Shown here one piece after another: positions 54,598 through 63,247 of a stretch of DNA of 64,000 nt (position 1 is the stretch's first letter; every line of letters begins with the position of its first letter). The stretch is taken from the NCBI GenBank assembly GCA_964601175.1, contig CAZRMJ010000003.1, positions 27 through 64,026 of the forward strand, written 5' to 3'. Origin of the DNA: Candidatus Woesearchaeota archaeon. GTDB lineage: Archaea > Nanobdellota > Nanobdellia > Pacearchaeales > GW2011-AR1. The position numbers were made by a program, and so were the translations under genes. A model generated the notes under the pieces. It was given only the letters and a program-made list of their open reading frames with translations, was not told the origin of the DNA and ran no database searches.

Positions 54598-55353
54598 TTA
54601 TTCAAGAATAAGCAATAATACCATTACTGCAATTCCGAGAGCAAATGAAATTATTTGAATTAAAGATTTCTTAACTCCAAAATCTTTATGAAGTTCAGGA
54701 ATCAAATCAGATCCAGCAATATAAATAAAACTACCTATAGACAAAGGAATTAGATAATCATTTAATGATGGGATTATGCCTGAAGCAAGTACAGCGATCA
54801 AACCTCCTATAATTGCAGTTAAAGCAGATAAGAAATTAAACAATAAAGCCCTGGATTTTGTAAATCCTCCATGAAGAAGAACCCCAAAATCTCCTATCTC
54901 TTGAGGAATCTCATGAAATATAACTGCTATAGTTGTAGCAATACCGACAGGGATGCTAGCTAAATAACTCGCCCCTATAATTATACCATCTAAAAAGTTA
55001 TGAACTCCGTCTCCTACAAGATTTGTTATTGCAAATGGATGTGTATGTTTGGAACTTTGAGGAACATGACAATGTTGCCAATGAACTATTTTTTCTATAA
55101 TGAAGAAAAGCAAAATACCTGACAAAGTAAGAAGAGAAGTTTTAAGAGTAAAATTCCCGTTTTCAACTAATTGAGGAATAAGATGTATGAATACGTCTCC
55201 TAAAAGAGCACCTGCAGAAAAACTTACTAAATAAATGAGAATCCTGCTCAACCTCTTAGTACTTATAGATAAAGTGAATATACCAATTAAAGAAATTAAA
55301 CTAACTATAAAGACACTAAGTAATGTATAACTTAGAACATTCATAATTAACAT
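54598..55353 (-). CDS. zupT: ZIP family zinc/iron transporter (ZupT-like)
   Basis: Eight TM helices, a His-rich loop (HWQHCHVPQSSKHTH) and the ZIP signature HEIPQEIGDFGVLL. Confidence 0.85.
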   Translation of the reverse strand: MLIMNVLSYTLLSVFIVSLISLIGIFTLSISTKRLSRILIYLVSFSAGALLGDVFIHLIPQLVENGNFTLKTSLLTLSGILLFFIIEKIVHWQHCHVPQSSKHTHPFAITNLVGDGVHNFLDGIIIGASYLASIPVGIATTIAVIFHEIPQEIGDFGVLLHGGFTKSRALLFNFLSALTAIIGGLIAVLASGIIPSLNDYLIPLSIGSFIYIAGSDLIPELHKDFGVKKSLIQIISFALGIAVMVLLLILE

Positions 55354-55374
55354 TCGAAAACAAAGTATTTAAAG

Positions 55375-55399
55375 CTTATTGATTCTAGCTATCAATAAG
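55375..55399. promoter_or_regulatory. Perfect 9-bp inverted repeat between ZIP and Fur-family genes (candidate Zur/Fur box)
   Basis: CTTATTGAT-tctagct-ATCAATAAG. It lies 22 nt from the ZIP start and 4 nt from the Fur-family ATG. It is AT-rich with a TGAT/ATCA core, as in Fur boxes. Confidence 0.5.
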
Positions 55400-55402
55400 A
55401 AA

Positions 55403-55792
55403 ATGTCAGATAAAAGAGAAACAAAACAGAAAAAAGCAATAGCTCTAGAAGTAAGCAAAACAAAATCAATATTCACAACAGAGAGTATATATGAAAAAAT
55501 AAGAAAACAAAATTCCAAAATTGGAATAGCCACAGTGTATAGGTCTCTAAAAGAACTAGAAAAAGAAAGATCGATTCATGCATTTAAATGTGACCGGAAA
55601 ACTCTATATTCAAAAAGTGAAATGGATCACAATCATTTTAAATGTGAAGTCTGCAGATCTATAAAGCATATCAAAATAAACAAAATAGATTTTATAAAAG
55701 AATTGCCAGATGAAGAAATCTGTCATATTCAAATAGAATTAAATGGAATTTGCAAAAACTGCAAACAAAAATTAGATAAGTATATAAATTAA
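55403..55792 (+). CDS. Fur family metal-responsive transcriptional regulator (Zur-like by context)
   Basis: wHTH IATVYRSLKELEKERSI, metal sites HNHFKCEVC and CKNCKQ. The track start at 55379 is TTG and an ATG lies at 55403. Confidence 0.8.
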   Translation: MSDKRETKQKKAIALEVSKTKSIFTTESIYEKIRKQNSKIGIATVYRSLKELEKERSIHAFKCDRKTLYSKSEMDHNHFKCEVCRSIKHIKINKIDFIKELPDEEICHIQIELNGICKNCKQKLDKYIN

Positions 55793-55809
55793 AATATTCT
55801 TTGGAGTAT

Positions 55810-56238
55810 ATGTTTAACGGTGTAGTCAATTTAGGCTCAATTTTCTTGATTACTATAATTCTTTATATCATAGGATTTCTATGGTACGGCCCTATATTCG
55901 GAAAATTGTGGTTAAAACTATCTAAAGTTCCAGCTGGTGAAATTGCAAAAGCAAAAAAGAAGGGAATGAAAGGAATGTGGAAAGAAATGATCTTAAATTT
56001 TGTAGGTACATTCGTAATGACTTATGTTCTTGCATGCATAATAATTTTACTTGGTACAACATCACCATTACAAGGAGCAATCATAGGATTCTGGATATGG
56101 TTGGGATTTTTCGTATCAACTACTCTTTTAGGAGGAGTCCTATGGGAAAAGAAACCATGGAGTTTATTTGCACTTAACGGACTTTACTGGCTAGTAACCT
56201 TAAAGGTAGCAGGATTTCTAATAGTTCTTTGGAACTAA
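55810..56238 (+). CDS. DUF1761-like membrane protein
   Basis: GFLWYGPIFGKLW matches the DUF1761 motif. Four TM helices. ATG at 55810. Confidence 0.6.
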   Translation: MFNGVVNLGSIFLITIILYIIGFLWYGPIFGKLWLKLSKVPAGEIAKAKKKGMKGMWKEMILNFVGTFVMTYVLACIIILLGTTSPLQGAIIGFWIWLGFFVSTTLLGGVLWEKKPWSLFALNGLYWLVTLKVAGFLIVLWN

Positions 56239-56248
56239 GACAGAAACA

Positions 56249-56256
56249 TTTTAAAG
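56249..56256 (+). promoter_or_regulatory. TATA-like box for tRNA-Leu
   Basis: ATTTTAAAG is centred ~28 nt upstream of tRNA position 1, the same spacing as for tRNA-Asp. Confidence 0.4.
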
Positions 56257-56280
56257 CGACTCAACTTTACTCAAATCAAT

Positions 56281-56408
56281 GCGGGGGTAGCAAAGCGGTC
56301 AAATGCGCGAGACTTAAGATGTCGCTCCCTCACTAGAGGAAGTAGCTAACGAGATGTAAGCAATCTCGTGGCTTAGTGCCTTCGGAGGTTCGAATCCTCC
56401 CTCCCGCA
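56281..56408 (+). tRNA. tRNA-Leu (anticodon UAA), class II, with a 44-nt intron at the canonical 37/38 position
   Basis: Acceptor GCGGGGG/CTCCCGC (one G-U), 3-bp D-stem GCA/TGC with an 11-nt loop, anticodon stem CGAGA...TCTCG split by the intron, loop CT-TAA-GA, long variable arm TGGCTTAGTGCCTTC, T-arm GGAGG-TTCGAAT-CCTCC, discriminator A. Confidence 0.88.
56319..56362 (+). other. tRNA-Leu intron (boundaries ambiguous by 1 nt)
   Basis: Removing it restores the 5-bp anticodon stem. The anticodon-loop CTTA can pair with intron TAAG (56357-56360), giving the central 4-bp helix of a bulge-helix-bulge-like motif flanked by AG|A and CA|A bulges. Confidence 0.75.
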
Positions 56409-56536
56409 TTTTTTATAATATAGAATTTCTTCGTCAGAGATTATTAACAGGCATTAAATTGTATAATCTTATATAACTTTATTTATGAATTAAAGGTTCA
56501 GTTAATAAAAAGAAAAAGATTTATTAACTTTATTTA

Positions 56537-56767
56537 ATGTTATATAACAAGATGGTGATAAAAACTTTTAACATTGACGAAGAAGTCTATAAGACTTTTT
56601 CAGAACACTGTAAGAAAAACGGAATAAGCATGAGTAAGAGAGTTGAAAATTTTCTAAAAGAAGAAGTATCAAAAATAAAGTTCAAAACTCAAGATAGAAG
56701 CAATAAAAAAGAAATAGAGAAACCAACTACAAACCAAAATAACCATACATTCAGTAAATACTGCTAA
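56537..56767 (+). CDS. Small ribbon-helix-helix (CopG-like) protein
   Basis: VIKTFNIDEEVYKTFSEHCKKNGISMSKRVENFLKEEV has the RHH pattern, followed by a basic tail. Confidence 0.5.
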   Translation: MLYNKMVIKTFNIDEEVYKTFSEHCKKNGISMSKRVENFLKEEVSKIKFKTQDRSNKKEIEKPTTNQNNHTFSKYC

Positions 56768-56771
56768 AAAA

Positions 56772-56948
56772 CTAAGAAAATTTCTCTATATCAAAAGAAA
56801 CATCTTTTTCGGACATTTCCTTGACCTTCCATACTCTCTTTGAACCATTAGCAGATTTTAAAACCAAATGAGTGACTTTGAAATTCTTTCCAGTATCTGC
56901 AATAAGATTATATTCTCCTTGCTCAACAACCATCTGATCTTCATCCAT
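56772..56948 (-). CDS. Small hypothetical protein
   Basis: 58 aa from the ATG at 56948 (the track start is TTG). No motif recognised. Confidence 0.35.
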   Translation of the reverse strand: MDEDQMVVEQGEYNLIADTGKNFKVTHLVLKSANGSKRVWKVKEMSEKDVSFDIEKFS

Positions 56949-56986
56949 AAAATTCAATGTTCAAAGATCTTTAAAAACATTTATAG

Positions 56987-57376
56987 TCATTTGACAATCC
57001 AAGTTTGAACAACTATAATCACTATAGCTAAAAGAGAAAGTATTCCCTTTACAGCCAGAAATCCTGTAGAAACAACATTTATTTGAGGGAAACTAAGTAT
57101 TCCTGTAATTATAGCAATAACTCCTATTATAAGAGTAGTCAAATGAGTAAAATTAGTAGGATTCAAACCCTCTTCTCTTAACCTCTTTAATGTTTTAATT
57201 TGACCTTCCAAGATAAATCCTATCCCTATTGTAATCATCCAAAAAGGTTCAACATAATTTCTCAATGAAAAATCAAACAACGTATAACTAACTATTTCTA
57301 TAAAACCAATTATACTTACAATAGCAAGGATCATCACAAATTTATCAGATGCTGTAAGGTTTGAATCTCTTTTCAT
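56987..57376 (-). CDS. Four-TM membrane protein (unknown)
   Basis: 129 aa with four clear hydrophobic helices. Confidence 0.55.
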   Translation of the reverse strand: MKRDSNLTASDKFVMILAIVSIIGFIEIVSYTLFDFSLRNYVEPFWMITIGIGFILEGQIKTLKRLREEGLNPTNFTHLTTLIIGVIAIITGILSFPQINVVSTGFLAVKGILSLLAIVIIVVQTWIVK

Positions 57377-57416
57377 AGATCAATTAAACTAAAACAATAT
57401 AAAAAAGTTTTCAAAA

Positions 57417-58028
57417 CTAATGATTAAAGTTTTTCTCGACTTGTTTCCAGTTAATAAGATTCCACCAAGCACCTATAAATTCAGGTCTTCTATTTTGATA
57501 CTTCAAATAATATGCATGTTCCCAAACATCTAAAACTAAAACAGGCCTCTTACCCATAGACAATGGACTATCTTGATCTTTTGTGTTAATTATTTCCAAT
57601 TTTTTATCAGAATTAGAAACAAGCCAGCAATATCCAGATCCAAAAAGCTTTGTAGCAGAATCAGTAAATTTCTCTTTAAACAAATCAAAACTACCAAAAT
57701 CTCTATTGATAGCCTCTAAAATTTTCCCGGTACATTTTCCGCTATTAGAAACTGAGGTCATACAATCCCAAAATATGTTGTGGTTAACAAAACCACCTCC
57801 AAAGTTACGAACAGCAACTCTTATATCCTCAGGCACAGAATTCAAATCTGAAAGCAAATCCTCAACTTTCTTATCAAAAAGAACTGGATGCTTTTCTAAT
57901 GCAACATTAAGCTTATCACAATACCCTTGATGATGCTTTCCATAATGTATCTCAACAGTCTTAGCATCCATATATGGCTCCAAAGCATCAAAGGAATAAG
58001 GCAATTTCGGAAGAGAATGTTTGTTCAT
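57417..58028 (-). CDS. sod: Fe/Mn superoxide dismutase
   Basis: LPKLPYSFDALEPYMDAKTVEIHYGKHHQGY and DVWEHAYYLKYQNRRPEF. The ATG at 58028 gives a typical ~203-aa protein. The 17-aa upstream extension in the track is unlikely to be real. Confidence 0.93.
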   Translation of the reverse strand: MNKHSLPKLPYSFDALEPYMDAKTVEIHYGKHHQGYCDKLNVALEKHPVLFDKKVEDLLSDLNSVPEDIRVAVRNFGGGFVNHNIFWDCMTSVSNSGKCTGKILEAINRDFGSFDLFKEKFTDSATKLFGSGYCWLVSNSDKKLEIINTKDQDSPLSMGKRPVLVLDVWEHAYYLKYQNRRPEFIGAWWNLINWKQVEKNFNH

Positions 58029-58107
58029 AAAGATCAATAAAATTAAGACTATATAAAAATTTGCAGACACCCATAACATATTTAATCATTCAAAGAGTAA
58101 AACAATC

Positions 58108-59418
58108 ATGGCTTATGACATAATGCTTGGAAGAGACAACTCTGATAAAAAGAAATTTGGAAAATCTGGATTAATTCAAATAGGAAAAGGATACGTGACG
58201 ATGGGAAATTATACTTCAATGTCCAATAATATTATGCTTGATGTGGCAAGATCTCATGTAATTCTAGTTTCAGGAAAAAGAGGTTCTGGTAAGTCTTATA
58301 CCTTAGGAGTTATAACTGAAGAAATAGCCAATTTACCTCAAGAACTAGCAAGAAACATCGCCCCAATTATATTTGATACAATGGGAATTTTTTGGACAAT
58401 GAAATTCAAAAACGAAAAAGATAAAGAAATTCTAACTGAATGGAATCTATCCCCTAAAGAATCTCAAGTAAAAGTATTCGCACCAATAGGAAAAATAGAA
58501 GAATACAAACAAAAAGGAATTCCTATAGATGAACCATTTGCACTAAAAGCATCAGAACTAGATAGCGAAGATTGGATTATAACCTTCAATTTAACAATGA
58601 CTTCCCAAGAAGGAGTTTTAATAACAAATGCAATAAGCCAGTTAAAAGAAAAAAACGAAACATTTACCATACAAGATATAATAAAACAAATAACACATGA
58701 GCATAATACAAACCAAGAAACAAAAAATATAGTAAACTCTTTATTTCAGGCAGCCGAAGGTTGGGGAATATTTTCTAAATCAGATGAAGGAACAAATATT
58801 AAAGATCTAGTAAATGCAGGAAAAACAACAATAATAGATCTATCAGTTTACAGTTCAATAGGATCATTTAATGTTAGAGGGTTAGTCATAGGATTAGTAA
58901 GTAAAAAAATGTTCAATGAAAGAATAAATGCAAGAAAAAAAGAAGAAATAGAATCAATACAACACGGAATAGATTATGCATCATACAATCCAACTAGGGA
59001 AAACCCGTTAATTTGGTTTTTTATTGATGAAGCACATGAATTTCTAAAAAAACAAGAAAAAACTCCTGCAACAGATGCACTAGTGCAAATCCTAAGAGAG
59101 GGACGCCAACCAGGAATATCCCTAGTTTTAGCAACTCAACAACCAGGACAAATACACAATGATGTAATGACTCAATCAGATATTGTAATATCCCATAGGC
59201 TTACCGCAAAGCCAGACTTAGACGCATTAAACCAAATAATGCAGTCTTACTTGTTAGAAAGCATTAAATCGAGTATGGACAAACTACCTAATGCAAAAGG
59301 CTCAGCCATAGTCTTGGACGACAATTCAGAAAGAATATACCCTATAAGAGTAAGGCCAAGACTAACTTGGCACGGAGGAGAATCTCCGTCAGCAGTCAAA
59401 GGAGAATCAAGTCTATAA
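58108..59418 (+). CDS. HerA/FtsK-like P-loop ATPase (DUF87-type core, short form)
   Basis: Walker A SGKRGSGKSYTLG, Walker B WFFIDEAHEF, LREGRQPGISLVLATQQP, and IVISHRL followed by the sensor region. 436 aa with no TM helix. Confidence 0.75.
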   Translation: MAYDIMLGRDNSDKKKFGKSGLIQIGKGYVTMGNYTSMSNNIMLDVARSHVILVSGKRGSGKSYTLGVITEEIANLPQELARNIAPIIFDTMGIFWTMKFKNEKDKEILTEWNLSPKESQVKVFAPIGKIEEYKQKGIPIDEPFALKASELDSEDWIITFNLTMTSQEGVLITNAISQLKEKNETFTIQDIIKQITHEHNTNQETKNIVNSLFQAAEGWGIFSKSDEGTNIKDLVNAGKTTIIDLSVYSSIGSFNVRGLVIGLVSKKMFNERINARKKEEIESIQHGIDYASYNPTRENPLIWFFIDEAHEFLKKQEKTPATDALVQILREGRQPGISLVLATQQPGQIHNDVMTQSDIVISHRLTAKPDLDALNQIMQSYLLESIKSSMDKLPNAKGSAIVLDDNSERIYPIRVRPRLTWHGGESPSAVKGESSL

Positions 59419-59459
59419 GCCACCGTAAGCTTTTTAAACCACTGAAAAGTAACAAATTT

Positions 59460-60173
59460 ATGATAAGAAAAAGACCAGTAGCATTAGGAGTTCCAGGCTT
59501 GTTAGCACAAGATGAAACTGGAAGGGTAGATGAAATATTGAAAATATTAAGAGAAAGAGGGTACCTAACACATAAAGTTCAAATTCCTTCAACAAGAGAA
59601 GATGGCAAAATAATCTTTGATTTATCTGATTTAACTGGAAGTGTTGAAGAAGGAATAGAAACTATGTTAAGAGGAAATGAAGTTGATCCAAAAAGAATCG
59701 TTTTAATAGGATCAAGCATGGGCGCAGCAGCAATAGATTCTTATTTAGCTTCTTTAGGTCATAAAGCCTTAGCAGGATCAGAAATAACTTATGTAACTAT
59801 TTCTCCATTTGCAAAGATTAATGGCCAATTAAGTCCTGGGTTGAGAGATTTAAAGGAAAGAGGTCTTGATCTAACTATAAACCCTGGCCAAAATCCTGCT
59901 AGAACAATCCCTTGTGAACAGATAGATTATATATTAGGAATAGACACTCCAAATGCTCTATTAGGAAGAAACCGAGAAAGTCCAAGAATAAGGCCTATAA
60001 CAATTTACGGATTGGAGGAACAATTAGCAGATCAAGAAGCAATAAGATTAAGACATAGAGTTTTAGGCGGAAATCCTCAAGAGTTAATTGCAATTAAAGC
60101 GGCACATGAAATCTCTAAAAAAGAATCAATAGAAATGGTAATGGAACGTTTGTTAGGCCATAGATTAAACTAA
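59460..60173 (+). CDS. Alpha/beta-hydrolase fold protein (unknown substrate)
   Basis: Nucleophile elbow LIGSSMGAAA (GxSxG) and a C-terminal AAHE. The track's 31-codon upstream extension overlaps the ATPase gene in another frame, so the ATG at 59460 is preferred. Confidence 0.55.
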   Translation: MIRKRPVALGVPGLLAQDETGRVDEILKILRERGYLTHKVQIPSTREDGKIIFDLSDLTGSVEEGIETMLRGNEVDPKRIVLIGSSMGAAAIDSYLASLGHKALAGSEITYVTISPFAKINGQLSPGLRDLKERGLDLTINPGQNPARTIPCEQIDYILGIDTPNALLGRNRESPRIRPITIYGLEEQLADQEAIRLRHRVLGGNPQELIAIKAAHEISKKESIEMVMERLLGHRLN

Positions 60174-60950
60174 AACTTTAACATCAGCCCTATATCTAAA
60201 CTTTCTAGCACCTATATCTCCGGCCTTAACAATTCTAATTATCTTAACTTTCCTTTTAGATTTAGAAGCTTCATTTAAAATTAAGCTATTAAGACTATCA
60301 ATCTCATCTTCGTGATAGAAACCATAATAATGAATCATAGTTCCCTTCTTACAAACAGAAAATGCAACATCTAAAAAACTATCTTCAAGATTTGGCCTAG
60401 ACATAACTATCCTATCAAATTTTCCGTAAACCTTAGAACTAGGAATAACTTTTCTTACATCTCCTTGAACAATATGAACTTTTCCAATTAATTTATTCCT
60501 TCTAACATTTTCAAGAGCATATTTACTACATTCACGACCTAATTCAACACTGTAAACTTCTGAAGCTTTAGAATTTTTAGCAATAACAATAGAAAAAGGA
60601 GCAACGCCCGCAAACATAACTAAAACTCTTTCCTTAGATTTAACAAATGAAGCAATGTTTTTCCTCTCTTCACTTAATCTAGGAGAAAAATAACAAGTCT
60701 CTACATTAAACCTAAACTCGCAACCATTCTCACGGTAAAGTGCCTCAAGAGTCTTATCTCCAGCTAGAAACTTAGTCTTTAAAGTGCGTAGCCTTCCAGA
60801 AAACTTTCCTACTTTTTCAAGAACAGTATTAACTGCTTTATGTTTATCCAAATAGTTAAGAGCAAATTTCTTCTTCGAAGATAAAGAAACATTCCTATCA
60901 AATTTTAGAATAGCAATATTCCCAACAATATCATAACCAATTCTATTCAT
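60165..60950 (-). CDS. trm5: tRNA (guanine37-N1)-methyltransferase Trm5 / Met-10+ like SAM methyltransferase
   Basis: YDIVGNIAILKF, ENGCEFRFNVETCYFSPRLSEER, SAM motif VLVMFAGVAPFS, RIVMSRPN in the NLP position, and GTMIHYYGF. Confidence 0.75.
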   Translation of the reverse strand: MNRIGYDIVGNIAILKFDRNVSLSSKKKFALNYLDKHKAVNTVLEKVGKFSGRLRTLKTKFLAGDKTLEALYRENGCEFRFNVETCYFSPRLSEERKNIASFVKSKERVLVMFAGVAPFSIVIAKNSKASEVYSVELGRECSKYALENVRRNKLIGKVHIVQGDVRKVIPSSKVYGKFDRIVMSRPNLEDSFLDVAFSVCKKGTMIHYYGFYHEDEIDSLNSLILNEASKSKRKVKIIRIVKAGDIGARKFRYRADVKVLV

Positions 60951-60993
60951 AACAAAATCAAGCAAAAAGAGTATAAAAGACTATTCAGATTAT

Positions 60994-61752
60994 CTATCTA
61001 ATAAGCGATTTAATAGTATCTTCTTTAATCCTAACCATATGATCTGCAGATGCTTTAGACATATGTCCTCCAGATTGCAAACTCCTAATTTCCGCAATCT
61101 CTTTCTTTAATCCAGCAATCAAGGTGTCTCTTTGAGCTGCATTTCCCCTTCTAGCGTCTTGAACTGCAATCCAACGAATAACCATTGAATCAAAAACAAA
61201 TGCGTAAACAAGAGCAACAAGAGCCCCCCATAAATAAACTGAAGAATAAGTCTCAAGACTAGTAGTGGCCCACAAACCAAAATAGATTATAGCATAAAAT
61301 ACCCAAGCAGTTTTTCTTACCCAATTATCAAAACTCTTTGCAAAATACCAGTATATCATGAAAGGTAAAATTCCGGCAATAGAAATAAACAAAACCTGAT
61401 ACTGAACAAGAATTGTGCCTATCCAGATATAATTTAGGTTTCTCACTCCAATAATCCCTATAATTAAGGAAATTAATCTCAATATCCCCTTTTTCTTATC
61501 TTTAAATGGAGGCAAGTTACCCAAAACAATAGAAACAACTATAGAAATAAGAATTAACAATAAAATCTTCTCAAATAAAAGATAACCAGTCCAATCATTT
61601 CCGCCTAACAAAGCTCGGAAAAATGGCTCAAGATTAGAAACAACTGAATCAATAACCTGCTCAGTACCATAACCCCAATTACCAAAATATTGTGCGGAAA
61701 CAAAAGGCATAAAACCAAGAAAAGAAATCAAAAACAAAGCTCTTTTATTCAT
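60994..61752 (-). CDS. Signal-peptide-bearing polytopic membrane protein with cytoplasmic helical tail (family member 1)
   Basis: Signal peptide ending FVSAQ, 4-5 TM helices and a charged C-terminal helix. Paralogous to 61794-62588. Confidence 0.6.
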   Translation of the reverse strand: MNKRALFLISFLGFMPFVSAQYFGNWGYGTEQVIDSVVSNLEPFFRALLGGNDWTGYLLFEKILLLILISIVVSIVLGNLPPFKDKKKGILRLISLIIGIIGVRNLNYIWIGTILVQYQVLFISIAGILPFMIYWYFAKSFDNWVRKTAWVFYAIIYFGLWATTSLETYSSVYLWGALVALVYAFVFDSMVIRWIAVQDARRGNAAQRDTLIAGLKKEIAEIRSLQSGGHMSKASADHMVRIKEDTIKSLIR

Positions 61753-61793
61753 CACAAATTAAAACCAAAATAGATTATAAAGCTTTTGAAAAG

Positions 61794-62588
61794 TTAAGAA
61801 TACATTGTCTTAAGATTAGTTTCCAGTATAGATATCTGTTGTTCTATAGCAGCTCTACCCGCAGGAGTCTTAGCCTTAGACAGCTGAACATACAAATCAT
61901 CTATTTCTGTAGAAATCTTTTCAGCTTGCACCTTCTTGACAGAATCAGTAATTCCTTTTATGCTTCTATACCTAAACCGTGCATGTATTTGGCGATCTGC
62001 AAAAATAAGGGTGCCAGATACAAAAGCAATAACCAAATAGATTAAAGCCGCATTTGCATAATCACCAGGACCAACTTTTAAAGCATCCCATCTTGTAACT
62101 GCGAAATACAAAAAGATTACCAAATAAGTAGTCCAACCAAATTTACGTAGAACAGAACTATCAAAGCCCTCAATTAAAAAGAAAAAGAGTACAAAAGGAA
62201 TTATAGAAGTTAAAGCAACAGCAAAAGTACTAGTAGGTAACCAAAGAGTATTAATTAGTTCAGGAGTTGTAACATACCTCACTCCAATTACTCCTATAAT
62301 TGCAGCAACCAAAAACGAAGAAAGAGGTTTATCTCTTAAAAGAGGAATATTTTTCGCAGCGGCGGCACTAAAAATCAACACAAGCAAGAAAACCAAGAAT
62401 TTAATAAAAACTTCTTCTCCATTTAAAACGGATCCTTCACCCGGTCCAAACAAAGCCCTAGCGATAGGAGAAAATATCCCTGCAACACCATCAACAACAC
62501 TTTCAATAGGATTAGCAAAATTTTGTGCACTAACAAAACCAGAGATTAATAATAATGAAAGAATAAATAATACACCAAACTTTTTCAT
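61794..62588 (-). CDS. Signal-peptide-bearing polytopic membrane protein with cytoplasmic helical tail (family member 2)
   Basis: MKKFGVLFILSLLLISGFVSAQ. Shared blocks with member 1 include SVVDGV/SVVSNL, ARALFG/FRALLG and AAIIGVIGVRY/SLIIGIIGVRN. Confidence 0.6.
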   Translation of the reverse strand: MKKFGVLFILSLLLISGFVSAQNFANPIESVVDGVAGIFSPIARALFGPGEGSVLNGEEVFIKFLVFLLVLIFSAAAAKNIPLLRDKPLSSFLVAAIIGVIGVRYVTTPELINTLWLPTSTFAVALTSIIPFVLFFFLIEGFDSSVLRKFGWTTYLVIFLYFAVTRWDALKVGPGDYANAALIYLVIAFVSGTLIFADRQIHARFRYRSIKGITDSVKKVQAEKISTEIDDLYVQLSKAKTPAGRAAIEQQISILETNLKTMYS

Positions 62589-62664
62589 GCCAACAAGTAT
62601 CAAAAGCAGTATATAAAGATTTCTTAAAACAAACATTTATATTAAATCTACAATAAATAGAATT

Positions 62665-63246
62665 ATGAAAAAGGTATTGGGATTATTAGTAATTTTTACT
62701 TTTTTAATAAACCTAACATTAGCTCAAAACAGTCAAGATAATCAAACACTTCAAAAAAGCAGCCCTAAGGACCTAACTCCAAAGATTGATGAAAAACTAG
62801 AAAAAGAGATCACAATACCTCAAGGGCTCCATACATTAACTAGAGTAGGCCTGGGGATAAATCCTGAAGAAAATATCAAAATCTCAGAATTAATCACGAT
62901 AGTAACCCTGTGGCTATTGATATTTGTAGCAACATTTACTGCAATAAGTTCTTTTTCAATTTTAGGACCGTTGTCTAAAGTAATAGCTTCCATAACTATG
63001 ACCATGATAATTGGTTCTACAGAGGCTATAGCGTTTGCAACAGAACAATGGTTGTTAAATGAAAAGTTTTTCATTTATATAAACGGTTGGAGCTTCGGCA
63101 ATTTAATAATAAATATGGTAGCAATAATAATTGCAGCTATAGCAATATTATTTATTAGAGAAAAAATTAAAAAGGAACAAGAAAAAGATAAAGAAGAAAA
63201 GTTACTTGATGGAATAAAAAAATGGCTCTCTGAATTTAGAAAATAA
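62665..63246 (+). CDS. Signal-peptide-bearing membrane protein with K/E-rich tail (possibly the same family)
   Basis: Signal peptide ending LTLAQ, three TM helices and the tail KKEQEKDKEEKLL. Confidence 0.55.
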   Translation: MKKVLGLLVIFTFLINLTLAQNSQDNQTLQKSSPKDLTPKIDEKLEKEITIPQGLHTLTRVGLGINPEENIKISELITIVTLWLLIFVATFTAISSFSILGPLSKVIASITMTMIIGSTEAIAFATEQWLLNEKFFIYINGWSFGNLIINMVAIIIAAIAILFIREKIKKEQEKDKEEKLLDGIKKWLSEFRK

Positions 63247-63247
63247 A

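Noticed and set aside
56537-56957. The RHH protein plus the neighbouring small ORF as a toxin-antitoxin pair.
   Set aside because: The two genes are convergent rather than co-transcribed, and the 58-aa ORF shows no toxin motif.
59367-59459. The 31-codon N-terminal extension of the hydrolase ORF (MARRRISVSSQRRIKS...).
   Set aside because: It overlaps the end of the ATPase gene in another frame and is Arg/Ser-rich and low complexity. The ATG at 59460 gives a sensible start.
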